Shown here: one piece after another, positions 1 through 9,443 of the stretch
Layout of the letters: each line of letters opens with the position of its first letter
Position numbering within the stretch: position 1 is the stretch's first letter
From: Bdellovibrionales bacterium
Lineage (GTDB): Bacteria > Bdellovibrionota > Bdellovibrionia > Bdellovibrionales > JAUICD01
Assembly (NCBI GenBank): GCA_965262715.1
Contig: OZ253553.1
Span: forward strand, 2,528,001 to 2,592,000
Reading direction: 5' to 3'
DNA: 64,000 nucleotides
Position numbers and translations under genes: made by a program
The notes under the pieces: model-generated
Seen by the model: only the letters and a program-made list of their open reading frames with translations
What the model was told of the DNA's origin: nothing
Databases searched by the model: none

Positions 1-2
1 GC

Positions 3-3000
3 AGTGGCCAGACACAGGTCACTGTAGATGTAGATGTAAATGTTAGTGAGCACGAATATTATGCAATAATTGAAGATGCAGCTGGAAACGAAAGTGCTTG
101 TATAAAAGTGTTTACTTACGAGAATATTTTTGTACCTGAACCTCCTACTCCAACAGCTTGTCCATCCATCAAACCTCATTGGAAGTTTGTTGGCGGACTT
201 TGTCGTCCTTCCTGTGGAGTTATTGCAGGACATGCAGGCTATGGCAGTGGATCTTATGCTCGTGGAGACGCAGAAACTTGTGAAACCCTGACTGCAAGTG
301 GACATAGCGACTGGGAGGAATTTGAGATTGAAGATGGAGGTCAGACAATAAGCAGTAATGATGCTCATGAAGTAGAAGAGAGAGACGGCGTATGCTGTAA
401 AAGAGGAACTGCTAGCAATGCATCTTCTCCACCAGTTGTGACAGGTCTTGATCACGACACTACACCGGGGCTTGAAAAAACTTTTACCTGGGGATGTGAT
501 AAAAATAATTGTCGGTATAGATATGCCATCAATAAATATAGCTCTCATACCTTTCCTGAAAGTACTGTTTACACAAATACAACAACAATCACTAAACCTC
601 AGGATAAGAGAACCAAGTATTATCTTCATGTACAAGCTGTTAATACAGACCGAGAATCTGCTGTTAAATCTGTATCATTTATCCTCGTGCCTCCTACTCC
701 TCCTAAAGTGACAGGATTAGAGGATGATCCTACACCTAAGACAGTTAAAACATGGAGCTGGAATTGTGATAAAGGCTCTTGTACCTATCGTTATGCGATC
801 AATCAAACTCAAACTCATACTTTTACAAATGAGTCTTATGGGCAAGATACAACAGCTACAAAACAGATCACATCTGCCAGTGAAAATGGAACTTATTATT
901 TACATGTTCAAGCCATGGATTCAGATAGTAATGAGTCTGAAGTAAAAACAGTCCTTGCTATTCTTGAGCTCTCGGCAAATCAAGACATTCATGTCACTGG
1001 TCTTATGCATGACACCAATGCCGGACGTTCAAAGACTTGGAATTGGGCTTGCGATAGCAGTTCTTGTACCTATCGCCATGCGATCAATCAAAATCTGAAA
1101 CACACATTCACTAATGAGGATCTTTATAATTCAACTCAAAGAGCTGTTAAGACAATCACATCTGCCAGTGAAAATGGAACATACTTTTTACATGTTCAAG
1201 CCAAAGATGCAAATAACAAAGAATCTGAAGTAGAGACAGTCGTTGTTGTTCTTGAAATAGGTACCGTTACCAATGATGTTCGTGTTACAAGTCTTAGCCA
1301 TGATACCAATGCCGGACGTTCAAAGACTTGGAATTGGGGTTGTAATAAGAGCTCTTGTACATATCGTGCTGTGATCAACAAAAATAACACCCACACTTTT
1401 TCTGGCAGCACCACATATAGAGCAGCTACAACAGCTGCAAAGTCGATAAATTCTGCAAATGAAAATGGTATATATTATTTACATGTTCAAGCTAGAGATT
1501 CAAATAACAATGAATCTGAAGTAGAAACAGTCCTTGCTGTTCTTGAAATTCCAACAACTACAAGTGATGTTCAAGTGACAGGACTTGCGCATGATACGAA
1601 TGCCGGAGCTTCAAGAATTTGGAATTGGACTTGTAACAAAGGTTCTTGTACTTATCGCTATGCAGTCAACCAAAGTCAAACCCACACTTTCTCTAGCAGC
1701 TATACCTCAACTCGAACAACTACAAAAGCAATCACATCTGCCAGTGAAAATGGAACTTATTATTTACATGTGCAGGCCAAAGACTCAAATAATAATGAAT
1801 CTGAAGTTAAAACAGTCCTTGCCATTCTTAAGATTTCAACAACTACAACAAGTGATGTTCAAGTGACAGGTCTTCTGCATGATGATGTTCCTAAAACTTC
1901 AAAGACTTGGACTTGGGGTTGTAATAAAGGCTCTTGTACATACCGCTATGCAGTCAATCAAGCTCAGTCTCATACTTTTTCTTCAGGAGGTTATACATCT
2001 ACTCAAAGCGCTGTTAAGGCGATCTCTTCTGCCAATGAAAACGGCGTATATTATTTACATGTACAGGCGAGGGATTCAAACAACAATGAATCTGAAGTGA
2101 AGACAGTGATAGCTATTTTTGAAATTTCAAGTGTTGTAGGGACTGTACAAGTAACAGGACTCTCACATGATACTGATCCTAAACGTTCAAAGGCATGGAA
2201 CTGGGGCTGCGATAAGAGTTCCTGTACCTATCGCTATACAATCAATCAAAGTCAAACTCATACTTTTTCTAATAGTGATAGATATAGATCGACTCAAACA
2301 GCTACAAAACGGATCACCTCTTCAAGTCAAAATGGAACATATTATTTACATGTTCAAGCAAAAGATGGAGGTAACAATGAATCCCAGATAAGAACAATCC
2401 TTGTTATTCTTAGGTATAGTGGTGGAGTTGTAGGTGATCTTGCAGTCATTGGAGTTGAAGATGATATTATAGCAAAAGATCGTAAAATATGGAGATGGTA
2501 TTGCACCAATAACTCTGGCGCTTGTAGCTACCGTTATGTTGTTAATCAGACTGATACACATACCTTCCCAGACAGCCATAGCTTTGATTCAAGTCAAATG
2601 GCTGAACAGACAGCCGGTACTGATGACAATGGGACATATTATCTGCATGTTCAGGCAAAGGATGGAGCAAATAATCTTTCAGCTGTCAGAAGTGTTGTTG
2701 CTTATCTTACTGAGACCCTTTTTCCATCTTCATTATTAAACTTTATTTGTAATCCCAGTGAAAGTGTTGGAAAAAGCACGCTTTGTTCATGGGGTGTTAG
2801 TGGTGGTGAATACCGTCATATAATCAGTGAAAGCGCGACTCACATTTTTGGAGTTGATGATCTTTATAGCATGACCACTACTTCTGCAATTATTGATGTG
2901 GCCAATGGCAACCGTCATGCTGGTACAACGTATTATTTACATGTACAGGGTAAAGATGCAAATGGTAATCTTTCTGATATAGAGACAAACTTTATCACTT

Positions 3001-5153
3001 TAACAGCAAAAGAGATTGTGGTGAAAATTGATGAAGAAGAGAGCAAAAAACTTAATAAAATGAGTCAAAAATGGAAGTGGGAATGTGATGATGACTCTGC
3101 AACTGCAGATGAACCAGCTACTAAGCCCTGCGTATATCGCTATGCAATCACCCAAGAAAGCTCTCATGAATTTGACAATAATGATGGCTATGGAAGTAAT
3201 GAGGAAATTACCAAGACTCTAACACATAAAGATGAGAATGGTACTTATTACCTTCACGTACAGACCAAAGATGCTGATAATAATGTCTCTGCTATTAAGA
3301 GCAGTGATCCTGGAGTAGAATTAGCATTTGAATTGGATCTGACATTAAAAGATCCAGAGCCTCATACAGAGCTAAACAATGATGATGAGGAAGCGCCAAC
3401 ATCACTACAGCTTCATCTAGATAAAACTCCTACCTTTACATTAAGAGGTGTACTGGATAATCATAAGGTGACACTTTACAGCTCATCAGAGTGTACAGAT
3501 GGAAGTAATGATGATAATGGTGACCCTACTAAAGACACTCGAATATCAAGTGAAATCACTATGTCATCAGGACAAGTAGATATCACTATTCCTAATAATA
3601 AGTTTTCTGATTTAACGACATATCCTATCTATGTAGGTGTTAAAGATTCTAATAACGACATAGATTGCTATGCTGCAACAAGCACCTCTAGTGCGACTCC
3701 TGTCATAGCTGATGATACAAATAAAGATACTATTGCACCTCTTTTTGAATACACTCTCTATAATCCTATAGCTGGGGGAGTTGAGAAAACATGTTATCTA
3801 TCTACAACAGGGGATGTCAAGTGTTGGGGTGATGGCACTGAAACACCAGATTCTCTTGACAGCTCGAAAGCTAAGGCTGTGGTTGTAGGTGGTGAGAATA
3901 ATGAATGTCGTATCTTAAGTGATGATACCGCAACTTGTACTGGAAATTTCGTCCCTACAGAAAATAATGATGAAGTTAATGCCATTGCTCTGGGTGCGGA
4001 TCATGCTTGCAGCATTTTAAAGGAAGATAACTCTGTATACTGTTCTGGTGATGACAATGACAAAGGACAACTTGGAACAGGAACTGCATCAAGTGGCGCA
4101 GTTAATTTAGGTTGTGATGGTCCTAGTAATAGTTGTGATCAACTTAAAGCTAAGGACATTGTTGCTGGTGACAATCATACTTGCGTAATTCTTTTAGATG
4201 AGAATGAAAACAATCCAGGTCAGAACTATAATGGCAGAGTTCTCTGTTGGGGACATAATGCCAAAGGACAACTTGGACAAAATGATATATTAAATCATGG
4301 TGCTGAGCCTGATTTAAGTTCTCAAGATACACAACCTAGCCTTGTCAGTCAACTTGACTATGTTAATTTGGGTAGTGGTCGAACTGCTAAATCTATTACA
4401 GCAGGACAAAACCATACATGCGCCCTATTAGATAATAATACAGTGAAATGTTGGGGACATAATATATTAGGTCAACTAGGTCGAAACAATGTCATTGATT
4501 ATGGTACCGATAACAATCAAATGAGCAGCTTAGGTACCATTTCTCTAGGCAGGAGTGCTGCTTCTATTTTCACAGGAGTCGGCTCTAATCATACCTGCGC
4601 TGTTTTAGATAATAATACAGTGAAATGTTGGGGTAATAACTGGAAAGGACAACTTGGACAAAATGATAAAACAAATGTTGATGAAGATGGAGAAATTGGA
4701 AGTGATGATGATCCTGACGATCCCTTCCTTGATGGCAGTAAGATTGTAATTAACAGAAACCATGGTAGTGGTAGAGGCAATGATGTGCCTCTTAAGACTG
4801 GTGAGAGTCGAAGTAATATCCTAACCAAAACTGTATCTAGTCTTTCAACTCTTCAATTTGGTTGTAATAGTGGCACTGATCGTAATGGTGAACCTCTACC
4901 TTGTTCTTCCTCAAATAACTTTAAACTCAAAGTTCCTTATGGCATTGCAGTAGGAAAAGATCATGCCTGTGCTGTCTTAGTGACAGATCAAGAAAGCGAT
5001 AAAGGCAAAGACTTTGTAAAATGCTGGGGATCAAACGATAACAAACAACTTGGCCATGATGAAGACAAGGGTTATGGTAGTAACACAACTGATAGTGTGG
5101 AAAAAGCACCTTTCCTCGAATTTGCAGAGCCAGAGCCAGAGGTGGTGAATTAG
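3..5153 (+). CDS. Giant surface protein (5'-partial; probable lipoprotein) with about 10 visible 97-aa repeats and a C-terminal RCC1/BLIP-II-like repeat region
   Basis: Frame is open from base 3, and bases 1-110 match 10099-10208 of the paralog, so the ORF-track start at 108 is not the real start. Repeats VTGLxHD..KTWNWGC..CTYRYA..YYLHVQAKD..NESEV; RCC1-like motifs AGxNHTCA..VKCWGxN..GQLG. Confidence 0.85.
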   Translation, partial: SGQTQVTVDVDVNVSEHEYYAIIEDAAGNESACIKVFTYENIFVPEPPTPTACPSIKPHWKFVGGLCRPSCGVIAGHAGYGSGSYARGDAETCETLTASGHSDWEEFEIEDGGQTISSNDAHEVEERDGVCCKRGTASNASSPPVVTGLDHDTTPGLEKTFTWGCDKNNCRYRYAINKYSSHTFPESTVYTNTTTITKPQDKRTKYYLHVQAVNTDRESAVKSVSFILVPPTPPKVTGLEDDPTPKTVKTWSWNCDKGSCTYRYAINQTQTHTFTNESYGQDTTATKQITSASENGTYYLHVQAMDSDSNESEVKTVLAILELSANQDIHVTGLMHDTNAGRSKTWNWACDSSSCTYRHAINQNLKHTFTNEDLYNSTQRAVKTITSASENGTYFLHVQAKDANNKESEVETVVVVLEIGTVTNDVRVTSLSHDTNAGRSKTWNWGCNKSSCTYRAVINKNNTHTFSGSTTYRAATTAAKSINSANENGIYYLHVQARDSNNNESEVETVLAVLEIPTTTSDVQVTGLAHDTNAGASRIWNWTCNKGSCTYRYAVNQSQTHTFSSSYTSTRTTTKAITSASENGTYYLHVQAKDSNNNESEVKTVLAILKISTTTTSDVQVTGLLHDDVPKTSKTWTWGCNKGSCTYRYAVNQAQSHTFSSGGYTSTQSAVKAISSANENGVYYLHVQARDSNNNESEVKTVIAIFEISSVVGTVQVTGLSHDTDPKRSKAWNWGCDKSSCTYRYTINQSQTHTFSNSDRYRSTQTATKRITSSSQNGTYYLHVQAKDGGNNESQIRTILVILRYSGGVVGDLAVIGVEDDIIAKDRKIWRWYCTNNSGACSYRYVVNQTDTHTFPDSHSFDSSQMAEQTAGTDDNGTYYLHVQAKDGANNLSAVRSVVAYLTETLFPSSLLNFICNPSESVGKSTLCSWGVSGGEYRHIISESATHIFGVDDLYSMTTTSAIIDVANGNRHAGTTYYLHVQGKDANGNLSDIETNFITLTAKEIVVKIDEEESKKLNKMSQKWKWECDDDSATADEPATKPCVYRYAITQESSHEFDNNDGYGSNEEITKTLTHKDENGTYYLHVQTKDADNNVSAIKSSDPGVELAFELDLTLKDPEPHTELNNDDEEAPTSLQLHLDKTPTFTLRGVLDNHKVTLYSSSECTDGSNDDNGDPTKDTRISSEITMSSGQVDITIPNNKFSDLTTYPIYVGVKDSNNDIDCYAATSTSSATPVIADDTNKDTIAPLFEYTLYNPIAGGVEKTCYLSTTGDVKCWGDGTETPDSLDSSKAKAVVVGGENNECRILSDDTATCTGNFVPTENNDEVNAIALGADHACSILKEDNSVYCSGDDNDKGQLGTGTASSGAVNLGCDGPSNSCDQLKAKDIVAGDNHTCVILLDENENNPGQNYNGRVLCWGHNAKGQLGQNDILNHGAEPDLSSQDTQPSLVSQLDYVNLGSGRTAKSITAGQNHTCALLDNNTVKCWGHNILGQLGRNNVIDYGTDNNQMSSLGTISLGRSAASIFTGVGSNHTCAVLDNNTVKCWGNNWKGQLGQNDKTNVDEDGEIGSDDDPDDPFLDGSKIVINRNHGSGRGNDVPLKTGESRSNILTKTVSSLSTLQFGCNSGTDRNGEPLPCSSSNNFKLKVPYGIAVGKDHACAVLVTDQESDKGKDFVKCWGSNDNKQLGHDEDKGYGSNTTDSVEKAPFLEFAEPEPEVVN

Positions 5154-5280
5154 ACTGTATTGATAGATAGGTTAAATTGAAGTTTCAAGTATTTTTACAC
5201 AATTTATATACAAAGGCTCCTATTTTATTACCCTCTTTTATTAACTTTTGATGGTTAACAAGAGTTAGTATTGCTTGATT

Positions 5281-5486
5281 TGTTTCACTCAAAATAAACC
5301 AGCCTCTCGAGGCAAGCCTCTCGAGGCAAGCCTCTCGAGACGAGTCTCTCGAGACAAGTCTTTGGCAATTCTTGGATAGTCAGCCTGAAGGCTTATGCCC
5401 CTTCAGCAAGTAGCTGACACCTCAAAAGTTTGTTCATTTTTAGTAAAGAGATACTCTTTGTTTTTTCATAACATGTTAAGGAAAAA
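5281..5486 (+). repeat. Structured palindromic repeat family, copy A (about four 14-bp GCCTCTCGAGGC-type units)
   Basis: TTCACTCAAAATAAAC ... GTTCATTTTTAGTAA outer stem; GTCAGC/GCTGAC and CTGAAGG/CCTTCAG inner stems; shared tail CATGTTAAGGAAA. Confidence 0.85.
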
Positions 5487-5745
5487 TTCCTGCTTCTTTT
5501 CATAAGGCACTGGATAAGAGCTAGTTCACAAACCTGCCAAAAGACACTAATAGTACCCAATATAATAAAGTCTATATTTGTGCAGCAAGGTCATTAGGAG
5601 TCAAAGAAACTGTTAATGTTTCATTTAAAATCAAAACTAAAATCATTAGCTCTGCCAGTACTTATGTCTTGAAATAATACCCTCATCTGAAGTTCAATTT
5701 AAAATCCATTATATGAGCATGTCCCACGTTTCGGTGAAATTAAGA

Positions 5746-6895
5746 TTAAGCAGAGCTTAGTGTTTGTTTACGGCTGTTTTTATTGTTAGTCAATAGTTTT
5801 AAATTTTCTTCCATTGTATTTAGATCTTTATATCCTTTAATAGCTCTAAACTTTTTTTCAGCTTCAAGTAAAGAAACAGCAGCCCATCTCATGACCTGAT
5901 CTGAAGAACTTCTCCAGTTCTTAACTCTGCTCACTTTATCTCTTACAATAGAAAAGGCAGACTCAATTGGATTTGTAGAAGATAGAGTTCTTCTTAACAG
6001 TGGAGATACTTTCAATTTAATAGTTGTCAGTGTCTCCATCTCTGCTTCCTTAAGTGAAGTCAATGCTGCATGATTTATCCTACTTAACCAACTCAGTAAA
6101 TTATTGTATTCTCTCTCTGAACAACTATAATCATTAAAGCCATGCAGCATCTTCCAGCGACGCTTAAATTCTAAATGACGTTCTTGAGGCAGATAACTTA
6201 AAACATTCCTCTCCTTGTGATGAATACAGCGTTGAATGGAAGCTCTCTTACCAAAAACTCTATCAATAGCTTTCCTTAAAGATTTGCTTCCATCAATGAC
6301 AAAGAGATAAGGCTTATTTTCACAAAGACCTCTTGCTATCAAACTCTCTAATAAGTCCTTACAAGCTTCCCAATTCTCTGTATGACCTTCTCTAAGACCA
6401 AGAACTAACTTCTTACCTTCAACTGTGATCCCAAGAGCTACAACTACTGTCCTTGAACCAAAAACGACTCCATCAATCATAATTGCTGAAAACTTATTCT
6501 TACTGAGATCACGACCATTTAAAGATTCAAGAGACTTCCTAGATGACTTATTAAAGGCTCTACTTACTGTACTCTTAGAAAGACCGGTACCGCCTACAAT
6601 ATCATCAAGAAGTTCACTGTAATTACGAGAAGATACTCCTCTCATAGCATAGCTCAGAACTCTATCACAAATGATGTCATAGCTTTGAAGCGCTGAATAA
6701 GACTTCAGTTTAATATCAGAACCCCACATCTCCTTCACCCTAGGCTTTCTGACTCGAAGCCTTTGACCTTGTGCAAGAACACTCCCGCGATCACTACCAG
6801 CTCTGTAGTATCTCTTATTAATACCACGAACATGACGCTTACCACACAAAGCTAACAGCTCCTCTTCAAACAGTGCATAGATCATATCAATAATT
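5746..6895 (-). pseudogene. IS256-family (Mutator) DDE transposase, main C-terminal part, interrupted
   Basis: Motifs GVSSR, IMIDG, VALGIT.EG.K.VLG, FVIDGSKSLRKAI, QRCIHHKERN, STNPIES. The N-terminus lies at 8846-9054. Confidence 0.88.
6779..6895. repeat. 117-bp direct target duplication made by the IS1634-family element (left copy)
   Basis: ACACTCCCGCG...ATCAATAATT is repeated exactly at 8846-8962. Confidence 0.93.
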
Positions 6896-8845
6896 CCTGA
6901 GTTTGGCAGTTGAAAAAACAAAGTTGAGTAATTTTAATTACTTAAGGGCGCATTGGAATTTTGTGCCACTAGGTTTTTGTTTTGTGGTAGAGATTTAAGA
7001 GATTTTTTTTAAGTTTAAGTAGATTCAATTTTAAGTTGTTTTGATGGGATCTTAACTCCTATAGCTTTAAATACATCAGCGTTATTGCCATAAATGTCTG
7101 TTCTTATCCAAATAGTTTTGTTTTTATATTTAACAGGTATAGCTCGTACTTCTTTCAGCTTTGACATAGCTTCTGCCACACTCAATGGCCTTGACTTTAT
7201 TCTCTTTTCTGTAATTGCTTTATCTTTTAATGTGACGTTTCTCTGATGTAACTTCTTTGAAAAATAAGCCTCACATAAGTAAGATAAAAAACACATAACT
7301 AAATGTCCTAATATTCTCTTATCTGTCCAATGAAACATAGGACGTGTCTTTAATGTACCCTTCAATTCTCTAAATGAATTCTCTATTTTCCATAACTGCT
7401 TATAGTTCATTATAATCTCTTCAGAACTTAAATTATCTGTATTTGTAATTATTCCAAAAAAACCATCTGTCCTCTCTGATTGTTCTATGGCTGACTTATT
7501 TAAAGTAGGTTTGCTTTTACTCTTAGGATGAACAATATACTTCTTATAATTACTATTAGATAAAAAAGATCTTGTGCTTATGGACTTCTTTGATAATTGA
7601 GCTTCTATCTTAGATAGAATATCTTCTCTTACTTTCTTATCTCGTTCTGCTCTCTTTCTCGACCAGGTAATTATACAACGATCATTATTATAACTTGTCT
7701 CGTATATAGCTAAATCTTCATTTATAAATTTAAAATTCTTTAAATTGTATATCTCTGCATGACGATCCTTTAATAAACCTAGCTTTAATCCTACTATAAA
7801 TTCATCTCCCTTTGCTTTTACAGATTGTAAATTCTCATTAGAAAATAAACCTCTATCTCCTACTAATATAAATCTTCTGATCTTAAACTTCTTTTTTAGT
7901 TTCTCCATAACTGAAGGTATGGTTTTACCTTCAAAGGTATTTCCAGGATAAACATCAAAGCCTAAGGGCATACCTTCTCTATCTACTAAAAGTCCAAATA
8001 CCACCTGGGTACAATCACTCCTCTTCTCTTTGCTATAACCAAATCTTCGAAGATTATCTAAATCCTCTCGGGTACTCTCAAATCTCAATGTCGTTAAATC
8101 ATACAAAATAACATCACACTCATTGAAAAAACTTAATTGAGACTTACCTTGTGTATAAAGAGTCTTCTCTATATCTTCCTTATGCTTACTTAGAATATCT
8201 AAAGAACGATAAATATCATCGATCTTAAGATCCTTCTCTAAAAAATCAGGGTAAAATAACTTTTGCCAATGAGAATATAACTTTAACTTAGAACATGGCT
8301 CTATGAATCGATTCACAACCAATGTAAAAACTATCTTCATAAAATCAAATGAAACTTTAGGATGCTTCTGCTTCAAATCTGTTAATAATTCATAGAGGTT
8401 TAATTGTTTGAAAATAGTATCTATAATAAGTAAGGGGCCTAATATAAAAGTGTCTTTAACATCAATCTCTTTAGCTATTTCACTGGCAGATACGACATCT
8501 AAATGACGGCCTATAAGATTAAGAAGCTCTTCTAAGCGAGTATCTTTTACTCGGCCTAAAGACATAAGTGTCCTATGTCGACTCTTACCATCTCTGCGAT
8601 AGCTTTCCACAATATGATAATATTTCTGACCTCTGCCGTTTTTAGTCTCTTTTATAAACATAAAATTAGACTACATAGAAAATTTAAAAAATCAAGAAAA
8701 AATAAGCATATGATGCAGAGTGTATAATAAATTGTTTCACTACACTTTTTGATCAAAATGCAAACCCAATAACACCTAACTACTGTAAATAAAGCATTCC
8801 TTAAAAAAAATATCCCGAAAATTCAAATCAACTGCCAAACTCAGG
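6896..8845 (-). mobile_element. IS1634-family insertion sequence
   Basis: Perfect 18-bp TIR CCTGAGTTTGGCAGTTGA / TCAACTGCCAAACTCAGG, a single 548-aa transposase, and long flanking direct repeats. Confidence 0.93.
7015..8661 (-). CDS. IS1634-family transposase
   Basis: Motifs YYHIVESYRRDGKSRHR, ILYDLTTLRFE, RFGYSKEKRSDCTQV, VYPGNTFEGKT, VGDRGLFS, YKQLWKIENSFRELK, RPMFHWTDKRILGH. Confidence 0.93.
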   Translation of the reverse strand: MFIKETKNGRGQKYYHIVESYRRDGKSRHRTLMSLGRVKDTRLEELLNLIGRHLDVVSASEIAKEIDVKDTFILGPLLIIDTIFKQLNLYELLTDLKQKHPKVSFDFMKIVFTLVVNRFIEPCSKLKLYSHWQKLFYPDFLEKDLKIDDIYRSLDILSKHKEDIEKTLYTQGKSQLSFFNECDVILYDLTTLRFESTREDLDNLRRFGYSKEKRSDCTQVVFGLLVDREGMPLGFDVYPGNTFEGKTIPSVMEKLKKKFKIRRFILVGDRGLFSNENLQSVKAKGDEFIVGLKLGLLKDRHAEIYNLKNFKFINEDLAIYETSYNNDRCIITWSRKRAERDKKVREDILSKIEAQLSKKSISTRSFLSNSNYKKYIVHPKSKSKPTLNKSAIEQSERTDGFFGIITNTDNLSSEEIIMNYKQLWKIENSFRELKGTLKTRPMFHWTDKRILGHLVMCFLSYLCEAYFSKKLHQRNVTLKDKAITEKRIKSRPLSVAEAMSKLKEVRAIPVKYKNKTIWIRTDIYGNNADVFKAIGVKIPSKQLKIEST

Positions 8846-9054
8846 ACACTCCCGCGATCACTACCAGCTCTGTAGTATCTCTTATTAATACCACGAACAT
8901 GACGCTTACCACACAAAGCTAACAGCTCCTCTTCAAACAGTGCATAGATCATATCAATAATTGCATATCTTATGCGACTTTCTATAACTTCTCGAATCTG
9001 ATTTAATTTAGAGGATAAAACTTGAATTGAATAACGATCCTTGATACTTTTCAT
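8846..9054 (-). pseudogene. N-terminal fragment of the IS256-family transposase, including the right copy of the 117-bp duplication
   Basis: MKSIKDRY...IIDMIYALFEEELLALCGKR...GSDRGSV overlaps the start of the 5746-6921 ORF; RBS AAAGGAG upstream of ATG 9054. Confidence 0.88.
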
Positions 9055-9443
9055 AATAGCTCCTTTCTGTTATCTATTTCCTGACAAAATAAAAACAGTA
9101 AACAACGGCTAGACCACTTAGGCTAGCCGGGAGCTCTACTTCTTCTAATCTCTATAAGAAAATTTCACCGATCTATGGGACAACCTCCATTATATCTCAT
9201 AACTAATTAAAATCATTGATTAAAAATAAATACAACATGAGCTGCATTCATCAATAATAAACCATTTGTTTAGATTTGTTACATAAGAAATAAATTTTTA
9301 CATTTTCAAATCATTGTACCGATAAAATCATTGTACCGATAAGTTTTTATAAAATTTATTACTACCGAAATGAAATAAATGAAAATGGATAAGAATAATA
9401 AGTTTAATAAAATCAAGAAGCACAAAGTAAGGAACTGCATTTT

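Larger units (their letters stand above)
5715..9187 (-). mobile_element. IS256-family insertion sequence, interrupted by an IS1634-family element
   Basis: Imperfect 27-bp TIR: GAGCATGTCCCACGTTTCGGTGAAATT (5715) and AATTTCACCGATCTATGGGACAACCTC (ends 9187). 8-bp TSD CATTATAT at 5707-5714 and 9188-9195. Confidence 0.92.

Noticed and set aside
5525..5680. About 50 open codons without a start, before the IS256 element
   Set aside because: Possibly a gene remnant, but no recognisable homology
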